Assembly (NCBI GenBank): GCA_016748015.1
Contig: JAAOMT010000502.1
Coordinates: 248,001 to 312,000, forward strand
DNA: 64,000 bases
DNA from: Geosiphon pyriformis uo1
Lineage: Eukaryota; Fungi; Glomeromycota
Direction: 5' to 3'
Below, one piece after another: positions 13,790-25,600 of this stretch. The stretch's first letter is position 1. Each line of letters opens with the position of its first letter. The position numbers and the translations under genes were made by a program. The notes under the pieces are model-generated. The model had not been told where the DNA came from. It was given only the letters and a program-made list of their open reading frames with translations, and did not search any database.

Positions 13790-13836
13790 TTTGATGCTCT
13801 CCCACAGAAATAACACAGCAAACAACAAACTTCAAA

Positions 13837-16270
13837 GTGGTGACCACATCAGACACAACAATTCTAGAGTATTATCAGTTAATTTACACCCATTGCAAGC
13901 AGAGATTTAACATTCCAGACGGAATTGAAATTGTTGAAAGAACACTCTACCAATACATTGAAAACCATATCAACAATTATCTTTTTGGGAACTACAACAT
14001 TTCAGAAGTTAGAAGCAATCTCTACAATAATTTAGTGCACTATTCACAATTGGGAACAAAAGACCTGAACAGTAAAACACTTGCTACCTACTTCCAAGAA
14101 CTTAATTTTAATATTATCAAGTATTGTGAAGAAAAATACCCAGTACAGCCTAAATACTCTTTTAACTTCGAATCAGAAACAGAAACAAGCAACAAAGGCA
14201 AACAAAAAGTGAAACAATACTCAAAAACCACTCCAAACACTCCAATACTACCAAAAACAACTGCCAAACACTTGCAAACACCTGAACAAGGAACTAGTGT
14301 CAAATTACCACTTTCTATTACACCATTTCCAATTTCACTTGCTCGACCACAAACACCAAATTTACTACTTAACTGTTTCTTCAGATCAGAAGATTTTCAG
14401 TTACCTAGAAATCCTACTCAACAGCAAAAATCTATATCAACAAGCACCAATATTATTGAATACTTGCAGAAAAACAAAAGTGATCATTCAGAAAATTTGG
14501 AAAATAAAAAAACTGAATCAGAACAAGAAAAAACCACAGAAAACAAAGAGAAAATGACAACTGCTTTACATTGCAAAGATTCCAGAATTCATGGGTGAAG
14601 ATAATAATACTAGTTTTTAAGAATGACTTGACAAAGTTCAAAAAACAGGAAATGCAAATGGTTGGATTGCAGCAAGAATGCTTAAAGCAATTTCCAATTT
14701 TCTCCAAGAAACAATCAGAGAATGATTTGAAAATTTAGAAGAACCATTTGAAAACTGGCAAGCATTCAAAAATGCTTTTCTACAACAATTTACTGACAAC
14801 AATATCTCTATCACTCTCAGAAACTGCTTTCACAATATCAAACAAGAAATATCTGAAACTGTTATGACCTATCTTGGAAGATTTAACAAACTTCTCAAAC
14901 GAATCTGACAATTAGAAACCAATGACTACTATTCTGATGCTCAAATTCTGGATCAGTTTATAGCAGGGTTAAAAGACAAACTGATTAAGAAAGTCTGTTC
15001 ACATGCTCCAGCAGACTTAGCAACTGCTATTAGACATACAAAGAGCTATGAAATGACAATAAAAGAAGCAAATTACACTAAGCTTGTAAATCTTGCAATT
15101 GGAGAAACCAGCTCAGCAGCTGAAGAGAAGATAAACCAACTCACAAAAAAAGTTGAAAGCTACTTCACAAACCAACAATAACAGCAACAACAACTATAAA
15201 GATATCAACTCTCACAATGATGCAACCAAAACAATTTTGGATCACTATCTAACAACCAACCTCAAAATTGTCATTATTGTGGAATTCTAAGACACTGGAA
15301 ATGAGATTGTAAGAAATTACAAAGAGACTAACAAAACAGGAGTAATCAATGTTACTCTTCACTACAACAATCTTATTACTAATCTCCACCACCAATCTAT
15401 TATTTACCAAGACCACAAAATCAAAACAGTTACTATCCACCAGCTCCACAACCAATGCAGCAACAATATCAGCAATCTTTACCAATTCAGCCATATCAGA
15501 CACCACTCACTCAACAATATCAAGTACCAGCAAGAAGATTGGTTCAACATAATCAATTCACACCCTACAATCAATTGCAGAGTAACAACAACAAAATCAA
15601 TCCAAATAACCAGTTGGTTCCCCGAAATTTTGGTCAGCAAAGACCCAATCACTATCACACTCAACCCAGTTATCTTACAATACCAGAGGAATCGGATTTT
15701 CAACAAATTGTACTTTCTGAAGATGAAGTTGCAGCACCAAGATCAAACCCTTCTAATCACACTATTCTACCAGCTCAAATTGCCCAAAATGCCAATTTGT
15801 CAAATATATTTCCATTTGAATTTAAAGCAAATGAATCACTATTTCTGCTTAGTAATGCAGCAGTCAATGAACAGAAAGCAATTACTGCTATATATATAGA
15901 AGCTACAATAAAAAGAAAACCCATTTGCTTAATCTTAGATAGTGGGTCGGCTGAAATTATTATCACTTACCAGCTGATGCAACAACTCAAATGAAACATA
16001 GACAAACCAGCTCAAACAGTTATTGTCACAGCTGATGGTATGAAGAAGACTCCAGTAGGAGAAATTAATAATTTCCCCTTTACAATTAATAGAATTACCA
16101 TTCTAGTTAAAGTTCTTGTTATGGATGCACCCCAATACCAAGCTCTAGTCAAAAATGATTGGCTTCTTAAGGCCAATACAAATCTGAACTGGAAAACTCA
16201 AGAACTTAAAATTTCATACCAAGGACAATATACTATAGTACCTGCAACCTGTGGTACCTTTAACAAATAA
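13837..16270 (+). pseudogene. Gypsy gag (long N-terminal extension, capsid-like region, Zn knuckle) and aspartic protease, disrupted
   Basis: CHYCGILRHWK*DC knuckle at ~15268-15310; protease ILDSGSA at ~15930; multiple stops and frameshifts. Confidence 0.8.
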
Positions 16271-17179
16271 TCAGAAAAAGCTCCAGTATTTGAATTTAAA
16301 GAAGAGAAGGAAATGCCACTTACTGAAACCTACATGGCTCTTAAATCACCATCCAATTGGGCTAAGGAAACAGAACAAGAGATTTTTGAAGAATCAAGAG
16401 GATGGAAGAAAGTTAGATATTCTACACCAGAACCACGAAAAAAACCACCATGTATTCCACTAAAATGCAAAGATTGCAAAAAGAAGCTTTCATCTATAGG
16501 AGCCTGTATTTCTCCAGAAGAGGAATATGAAACTCACACTTGCTATTTCTGCAAGACATGCCATAGAGAACGATTTGGATCCCCAAAGAGAAGTGGAAAA
16601 TGAGACAAAACTCTTTGTCTTACTTGTGGAAAAAGGTTACCAGAAGAATGCAATTGGATTGATATAGCAATGAAAAAAGGAGTATGTGATCAGACCTGTT
16701 AATATGCTCTATCAATTTCGGAAAAAGTCAAAAGAGGAACACCATTTGATATACAACAGTGCTCTCAATAAACTTTACCATTACCCTCATGATACTGAAA
16801 TAATTTTTAACCTAGCAATAACATTGATCAATGGAGCCATCCAAGAAGATGTCCGCCAAATGAAAAAAGCTGAATATATTGAGTATACTATGGAATTAGC
16901 TGGATTTGATTATGAAGATGAAGTAGAAACCTACCACCAAATTGCAAGCCACATATATCTGACCAAAGAAGCTCAAATTCAACAATTAGAGCAAATGAAC
17001 ATTTAATTGTGTAAAGAATGTATTATGTCTTGTGATGACCAATAGTGTTTAGAATATTATGCTCTTAGCATTTTTCTGCCAGATAAGAATGATGAAAATA
17101 AAATCAAATTTGGAGTATTCGAACTAGTAGAAAAACTACCAACCACCCTTATCTATCTTCTTGAAAAGCAACCACCTCT

Positions 17180-17610
17180 ACAACTTAAATATTTTGACAA
17201 CCATGGCCAAGGAATTAGACCAAAAAAAGCACACAAAATTGATGCTAGATATGACTTAAGATATCCAGGAAAAGATACTTTGGTTTTCCAACCAAAGTTC
17301 TTGACAAAAATCAATCTCAAAATTACTCTTGAAATACCACCAAGAGCAATGGTTCAAATTGCCTCCAGATTATCATTGGCAAGCAAAGGAATCAATATTA
17401 GAGGAGGAGTTATAAATGCAGAATACACTAGAGACATTACCATCATGTTACAGAATGAAACAGACAAACCATTCAAAATTGAACATGCTGAAAAAATTGC
17501 TCAAGCAATTTACTTACCCTTAATCAACATTTCGGGTTTACAATCAGTAAACAACAGAGAACAATTGGGAAAAAGTGAAAGAGGAACTTAAAGTTTTGGT
17601 TCAACTGGAC
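17180..17610 (+). pseudogene. dUTPase domain within the gypsy pol
   Basis: DARYDLRYP, IASRLSLASKGI, GGVINAEYTRDI, KIAQAI and RGT*SFGSTG correspond to trimeric dUTPase motifs 1-5 with G->A damage. Confidence 0.88.
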
Positions 17611-18049
17611 AATTTACAGTTCCAGTAAACATAGCTCTTAATACACAAAATAAATCTCACCAGATTCTTCAACTTCTCCAGCCAATTACCATTTTACCTT
17701 TTGGAGAACATCACGAAATTTACACTTGCTCAAAACCCACCTCTACACAACAAATTTTTGAATCCAATAAACAAATTTGTTTGAAGCATGAAATCTCAAT
17801 TCTAAACGTTTATATTCCCAAAGGAATGAAAAAATTTTGAGTTATATTCTACAACCCCAATAATTACTCTATTGTCTTATTAAACAAACTAGAGATTGGA
17901 ATCATACACAGCAATATTTTTCAAGATAAAAACCTTTAAATTGTCTCTAATTTCATCAAAATTGTAAGACACACTCTACTCTCAAATCCAAATATCATTC
18001 TCACTACTGAAAACTACTACTTTTTGGAAGAAAAACTCTTTCGAATCAA

Positions 18050-20660
18050 CATAAGTCCTTTAGAACCTCAACAACAAAGCCAATTGAAACAATTGATAGC
18101 TGAATTTGCAGATATATTTGCAAAAGACAACAATGACCTGGGAAAAACGGATATGGTTCAACATTAGATCCATACAGAAGATGCTCCACCAAAACATCAG
18201 CAAGCTTACAGAGTGCCACCTGCCAGCCACCAATTCATCAAAGAAGAAGTCGAGAAAATGCTCAATAACGGATTGATTCAACCATCAAGAAGTCCTTAGG
18301 CTTTACCAGTAGTTCTTGTCAAAAAAAAAATGGAAAAATCAGATTTTGTGTTGACTATCACCAATTAAACAGTGTAACAATTGGAGATGCCTATCCTCTT
18401 CTAAGAATTGATAACATACTAGATGCTCTAGGAAAAGCCAAGTTCTTCTTAACTTTAGACTTGGAAAGTAAATACTGGCAAGTCAAAATGGATCCAAAAC
18501 AGCATTCACCACTCAAGAAGGAAACTATGAGTTCAATGTTATGTCTTTTGGACTCTACAATGCACCAGCAACATTCCAGCAATTCATGGATGTTGTATAT
18601 AAAAGACTCTTGTGGCAATCAGTAGTTGTTTATTTTGATAACACTGATGTATATTCACAAGACTCATTTTATTCACTTGCAAGAAGTTTTTCAATGATTA
18701 CGGAAAGCAGGATTGAAGTTGAATATTGAGAAATGTCACTTTGGAAAAACAAGCTTAATCTTTTTTGGACACATTGTTAGCAAAAATAGAGTCAAACCAA
18801 ACTCTGGAACAATCAGTGCTGTCAAAAACTTCCAAACCCCCAAAAATACTACAGAGCTATGAGAATTTGTAGGATTAATCTCCTATTATCAAAAATTTAT
18901 CAAAGGATTCTCAGAAATTGCCAAACCACTCAATTATCTCATCAATAAAAATGTGCCATACAAATAGACTAAAAAACAACAAAAAGCATTTGAAACTCTC
19001 AAAACAAAGCTGACAACAGTCCCAGTTCTTGCTTACTCAGACTTCAACAAACGATTTCAACTAGCCACTGATGCTTCACATATAGCATTTGGTGCCATCT
19101 TATTACAAGTAGATAAAAATGGGCAAAAACAAGTCATCATTTATGCTAGTAGAATACTTAAACCAACAGAACTAAAATATGGCTTAACTGAATTAGAAGC
19201 TGTCATAGTTATTTGGGCTTTTAAACATTTTTAACAATATCTGAAGAATGGAAAAAAATTTGACATAATAATGGATAACATTGGCCTCAAATGGCTTAAT
19301 AAAAAGAAAACTGAACAAAGTGCCAAACAGTCTCAATGAAATGACTTCCTAGCAGACTACAGATACATTGTACATCACAAACCAGAAAAACTACACACCA
19401 ATGTTGATAGTCTCTTAAAAATGAGACAATATTAATACCAACATCAACATCAACAAAACACCAACAAACTTAACAGTAGAACAAACAACAAAATCAACAA
19501 CAATAGATCCAGAAAACTACAACAACATCAAAAACTATTTGGAGACTCTCACCATGCCAGAAAATTGGTTTCCAAGTGAAAAACATCAATTACAACACCA
19601 ATTCAAACAATATTTTATACACTACAACAAAATCTATTACAAAAATTGTAAAAACCCAAACCAACTACTCAGATTAATACAGGAAAATGAAAAAGAAACA
19701 ATTCTATACAACATGTACACAGATCCTTCTTCAGCACACTTGGAAAGAGATGGAACAATTCAAAGAACTCTTGAACATTATTTTTGGCCTCACATACAAA
19801 AAAACATTCGACAATATGTAGAATCTTGTGATAGTTGTCAAAGAAGAGGAGGAAATCGTTATATTGCAGTTGCAGTGGATTATCTTACCAAATGGCCTGA
19901 AGCTAGAGCCATCTAAAGAGCAGATGCAAAATCAGTAGCAAATTTCATCTATGAAGACATTATCTGTAGACATGGATGCCCAATTGAACTTTTATCTGAT
20001 CAAAGAACACATTTTGTGAACAACTTGATACAAGAAATTTGTAAACAATTCAATGTCAAAAGACCTCTATCATCATCTTATCACCCTCAAACAAATGAAC
20101 TTATAGAACATTTCAACAGAACATTGTGTGAATCTCTAGCCAAAGTCTCAACAGACTTTAAACAGGAATGGGATATCTTTATTTTATCAGTGTTACTAGC
20201 ATACAGAACACTAAAACAAGATACTATGAAACACACATCATTTGATTTTATTTATGGAAAGACAGCAACATTACCAATTAATTTCACAGTGGAAACATAT
20301 TTTGTGCAACCAATTAATGAAAAAAACTTCCAAAAAACACTCCAAAAAAGGGCCTACACTCTTCTTAGTACACTGGAAGAAAAAAAAAGGATAGCAGCAA
20401 CTCATATTGAACATTTCCAAGTTTAACAAAAAGAAAAACATGACAACAAATTACTACTCATAACCAACGAATTTAAAATAGGAAATAAAGTTTTCTTACA
20501 CAGAACTAAGACTGAAAAACAATGGAATGGGAAATTTGAAAACAAATGGGATGGACCATTTTATATTCACGAAATTCTAGACAATGGATCATACAAGTTA
20601 AAACTTGATAAAAAAGTACTAGCAAAAGTTACACATGGAGATAGATTGAAACACTATCAT
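18050..20660 (+). pseudogene. Gypsy RT, RNase H and integrase, disrupted
   Basis: RFCVDY, DAYPLLRID, MSFGLYNAPATFQ, YFDN (for YxDD), TDAS, ELEA, H..H..CDSC, VDYLTKWPEA, YHPQTN..IEHFNRTL, WDGPF. Confidence 0.9.
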
Positions 20661-20946
20661 TCCAGAAACAATTCTGAACTATTAATTCCACAAATTGGTA
20701 CACATTTTCCTTTAATTAATTTTGAAGATATTCTCTGAAATTTAGAACCAATAATTATAATAGAACAACAACCAAACTTAAACACTTAATTCAACATAAT
20801 TTTACAATAATCTTTAATAACACACAAAAGACAAAAATAATAAATAATTACAAAACACCCAAAACCCAAAAACAAATAAAACTCCAGACCCAAAAAAAAA
20901 AATATTTTTTTTTATTCTCCTTTTTCACTAATTAGTCAATTTTATT

Positions 20947-21660
20947 ATGATTATTCCCCGAAATATTCAACAAATATTCCAAAAATTAATGTTAGCCTTG
21001 AAAACACTTCCTGACTTATCCATAATGATTAATGGAAGTCAAATCAATTACATTCAAAAAAAAATCACAGCCCCAGTAATAAAAAATTCTCTGAACTACC
21101 ACTCTTATAGAAAAAAACAAGAAATCACTCTGAGAATAGATTACCAGAACTTTTGAACCAGGCACTAAAAAAAAACTTTTTATCTGCCCCTATTGACATT
21201 CCACCAAATGCCACAATACAACAAAAATTTCTACTATTACTTAATAAACAGAACAATGAACATACCCTTATATTTAAATATTTCTGCATTGAAAAAACAC
21301 TTTATGAACAAAAACTAGAACTTGAAGCAACAAATACTACCCCAGAAGCCATACAAAAACAAATTCACAATGAATTTAAGACAGCAGCTCAGGCTAATCA
21401 AGCAATTACTTACAAACAAGGGATCAACAAACACTCGCTACAAACTTAGAGCAGCTCTTAGACTCTATGACTTGTTTAATACTTGTGAAAACGTCCTACA
21501 AAGCCCAATACTTCAACCATTGAAAATACAATACATTGAAAAGCTCACAAAACTGAAATTTCAACAATTTTCAGAGCAAATCACTTCAATCATGTTGGAC
21601 CACTATCTTGACATTACAGATAGTGCTTGGACTTCGATGGAGCTCAGTCTTGAGGAGGAG
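20947..21660 (+). pseudogene. Extra ORF between integrase and the 3' LTR (function unknown), frameshifted
   Basis: Three overlapping ORF pieces (20947-21156, 21153-21449, 21322-21714) with protein-like sequence running into the PPT. Confidence 0.55.
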
Positions 21661-21664
21661 ATTA

Positions 21665-22677
21665 TATTACCAGTAGAATTTTACTTATTAATTAGCATGA
21701 AATTATTCTTATAATTCCTATCAGTAATTAATATGTTAATATCAATCCAAATTATTACTTATTATTTAATCAATTTATCACATATCATGATTCAATTAAT
21801 AATCTAATTAGTACAACAGAAAGTAAGATGATCAAATTACACAATACTCTGAACTTTGTAACATTCTAAAAATTCGCCAAAATTTACAGAAATTCGCCAA
21901 AATTTATATGAAATTCGCCGAAATTTATAGAAATTCGCCGAAATTATGAATAGTTCATCCAAATTAATCAATAGTTCAGTGAAATAACTTGTAGTTCATC
22001 AAAATGTATCTTTAGTTTGCCAAAATTTGAGCAAAGAGAAAAAGTACAAGTTCATAGACTAGTACTACAACAAGTTATATAAAAAAAGAGCTTTTCTCTT
22101 CAAAAAAATGTATTTTACTTTAGATTTATTACTTAGAACCATTCCTACACACACAAAGAGAAATAAATATCAAATAATTTAAAAACCCAAATTTTTTAAT
22201 TATTGCACTTGGAAAATCCCCAAAACCCAACTAACATTTTGAAATTGATTAGCTACCAATTTCAGTAAACTGTTAGTAATTCTAGGCCTGAATAGAAAAC
22301 GTTTCCCTTGATAAAATCCTAATTCTTTTACATTTCTTTTATTTTTCTTTTCTTTTTTTATTACAATCATTAAGGTAGCCTACAGACAAGATTTCTGTAA
22401 AAGAGTTGACTTTCACAGCAAAGTAACTACACATTTTTAGTGAGCTTTCAGACAAGCAATTCCTGGGAAAGAGTTGATGTTTACTACAACGTAACTACAT
22501 AAAATAACTGGCAAGAAATTGGTCATTCCACTTATAAGCCCAGTAAGTTCAAATTATAGAAAATAATTTGAAGATAAATTCAGTTACTGGAGGTCCAACT
22601 ACTTCCTGAAAACGTGAATTCACAGCAAATTAACATTAATAACATTCAAGAAGAGAGACCAAAAACCTCCGGTAACA
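21665..22677 (+). repeat. 3' LTR
   Basis: Direct repeat of 12777-13789; starts tattac (G->A relative to the 5' LTR), ends gtaaca. Confidence 0.95.
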
Positions 22678-25600
22678 CCACACACTAAATATATATTGCA
22701 CTTTTTACAGCATAATCTACACATTTGGCTTCTCAACCGACAAAACTAACAGCATCAAAAAGATGTCTAACAAAATGATGGGCATTCCTAGAAACAGGTT
22801 TCTCTTCAATAGACAAAAACCTGCAGGATGTTTCAACAGACAGTACAATGACAAAAATGGTAACAGCATTGGCCAATAAATCAGCATGCTCATTGCCATA
22901 AACCCCAGAGTGGCTCTTGATTTTATTCCAGGCTACCAACAAGTTCTTTGATGCAATGTTTTGACAAATCCAATCTCTTTCAATCCAACATTTATCATGA
23001 AAATCAAGACCAGAAAAATTTTTATAAAAGTTATAAGCATCTAAAGATGTCTGACTGTTTATAAAAAGAGTAACTGAGCTGGAGATTTGAATACACTCCA
23101 AAGCAAAGGCAATAGTATGTAGTTTAATCAGTGCTGACAAAAGCAAGCCACTCATCCTAACTTTCACACCATTATCAATATCAGGAAAATAAGCAGCAGC
23201 ACTACTGCGAATACCTATAGAACCTAAACCTTTAATTGAACCATCAGTATAAACCACCACATTTCCTGAATTCTCAAGAAGATGTTTACTGATAGAACTT
23301 AGACTGACCAGGCAACCACCAAGAGCTGGATCGGAAGCCGGGACATGACTACCAACCAGACCACTATTACCAATAAAATCTGTTAACACATGAAACCAAC
23401 CAGGAGTCAGATCTCTTAGATCCAATTTTTTCTACCTGTGAAAACTACTCCACGTGAAGCACGTGCCATGATGGTACAAAAGCTAGTTTGCAAAAATGAT
23501 GCCAAACTTCTTTAATAAACCAACTACACTTATATATTGATTCAGACCCAAAACTTCAGCAACAAATATACCACTACCAGCACAGAACACATTTGGCAAA
23601 ATGTTGCCTAAAGAGAGTTTGCACAATGCCAGAGTGTTGGTTATGCCAACTAAAAAAAAATTCATAGAATCTAAAGACAACATAACCAGAAAACTGAGGG
23701 ATTGCTGGGGCATCTAACTGATGGCTTACAAATCCATTGTCTTGTGTTTGAATAATCTGCTGAGAACACTTTTCAAATTGGCAAACAATACCAAATTAGC
23801 CAAAGAGTTTTCAGCTTGCAACTGTCTAAAAATCTTGAGACTATACAATTTGGGATGGGAAATGGCTTCATTGAAGAAATCCCTAGGCAAGTTGGTCTTG
23901 AGTTTTAGACTCTTCCTCAGCAGCCTATCCTATTTCTTACAAACATTTACAGAAGCATGACTAAACTGCAACCTGTATCTAACAATAGGTTGTAAAACAG
24001 CAAACACTAAGTAGAGAAACTGCTTATTAAAGACCACTTTCCTCAGGACTAAATTAACAAAAAATTTTATATCTGATTGGGCTTTGGCAAGACTGGGTTT
24101 TGAAAGACCATCAATAGATAAATAAATACCTAAGTAACAATGAGCCTTGTCTTTCTTAGCAATTAAAATGGCTGAACCACTAATTATTAAATAAGGAATC
24201 TCAACTCTGTGATTAATAGATATAGTCACTGTTTTCTTAACATTAATTAAAATATCATTAAAATAGAAAAAGTTGCTAGCTATATTCAAGATATGCTGAG
24301 CAGCAGCCATGCTATTCTCAATCCAAATAGTATTATCTACAAATGCCTCAGCAGCCAAGTATAACATTAAAGCACTCTTATGATCCTGTCTGCCAGTTCG
24401 TATAAAAAATTTTAAATTCAGACAGTATTCAAACAAACTCTCATGTCTCTTAACCTTGTACAGCAAAGAATCATAAAAAATTCTTCACAACAAAGATGAA
24501 AATACCTTACTCTAATCCAGGCCATTATGAACAATGTATCCGTTGGTAAGCCCAAAATCTGTTATTACTTGATTAATACAGTTATTATGTATGCTCTCAA
24601 AAAACTTGATAAAACGGGAACACATTTTAATTCTGACCAAATTGTTCTTTAAGTGAAACCACCCAACTGAGTCATAAGCTTTATGCATATTCTAAAGAAT
24701 AAGCCATAGTTCACAGTTTTTCTTCAAAGCATCCTCAACAATAGAACTCACAGCAAAAATTGGGGTTTAAATGGAAGTGCCCTTCAAAACTAAAAAATTA
24801 TTTTCACATAACACATTATAATTGCTACAAGCCAAGAAAATTCTATCAGACAGAATTTTAGATAAAATCTTTCTGGTCATTTTAACTAATATTATTGGCC
24901 TTGTATTAGTAAGAGCCCCTTTCTATTCATAAGACTTTAGTATTATAGAAACCCAGGACTTTTTTTACTGCTTAAAGACTGTATCAGACCTTAAACATTT
25001 ATTCAAAATATTCAGCAATTCATCCAACACCTGCTGGTTGCCATGTTTCCAAAGCTCATTGGGAATACCAGAGAGACCAGCAGTCTTTCTATCAGGCAGA
25101 AACTTGACAACCTGTAAAAATTCATCAAAACTAATATTATCCATAACACTTAAAAAAGCCACATCATCGGTGTAGTCAAGAGGGGTATACTGGTTGAGCC
25201 AGCAAACAGAAGTGGAACTAGACACTAAACACTTCCCTATTCAACTTTCCATAATAGTATTGATTATTGATTTGACTATCTAAAGCTCCAAAACAAGCTC
25301 ATCATCTACCACCAAATAATCAAGCACCACTTTTCAAACATGGCAATCCAAAACACTTCTAATCATTTTTCCCTTATCAGAACAGAAGTTTTCCATACAT
25401 TTGTTAATAGTTTTCCTAATAAACTCATCTTTAGTGGCTTGAAATTCACAGTATTTGGATTTATGATAACTTTTCTTAACACATGATAAATGACATAAAA
25501 CAACACTAGTACAAATATCATTCTCAACCATGCTATAAACTTTGATAGCTTCCTTCTTATCAATGGCAGCCCAAATGGTAATAAGACAAGCAGTCTTCAA

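Larger units (their letters stand above)
12777..22677 (+). mobile_element. Full-length degenerate Ty3/gypsy LTR retrotransposon (gag-PR-Cys-rich-dUTPase-RT-RH-IN plus extra ORF)
   Basis: Two 1013-bp LTRs with TGTTAC...GTAACA termini, 4-bp TSD CCAC (12773-12776 and 22678-22681), PPT gaggaggag before the 3' LTR, and domain order RT-RH-IN. Confidence 0.95.
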
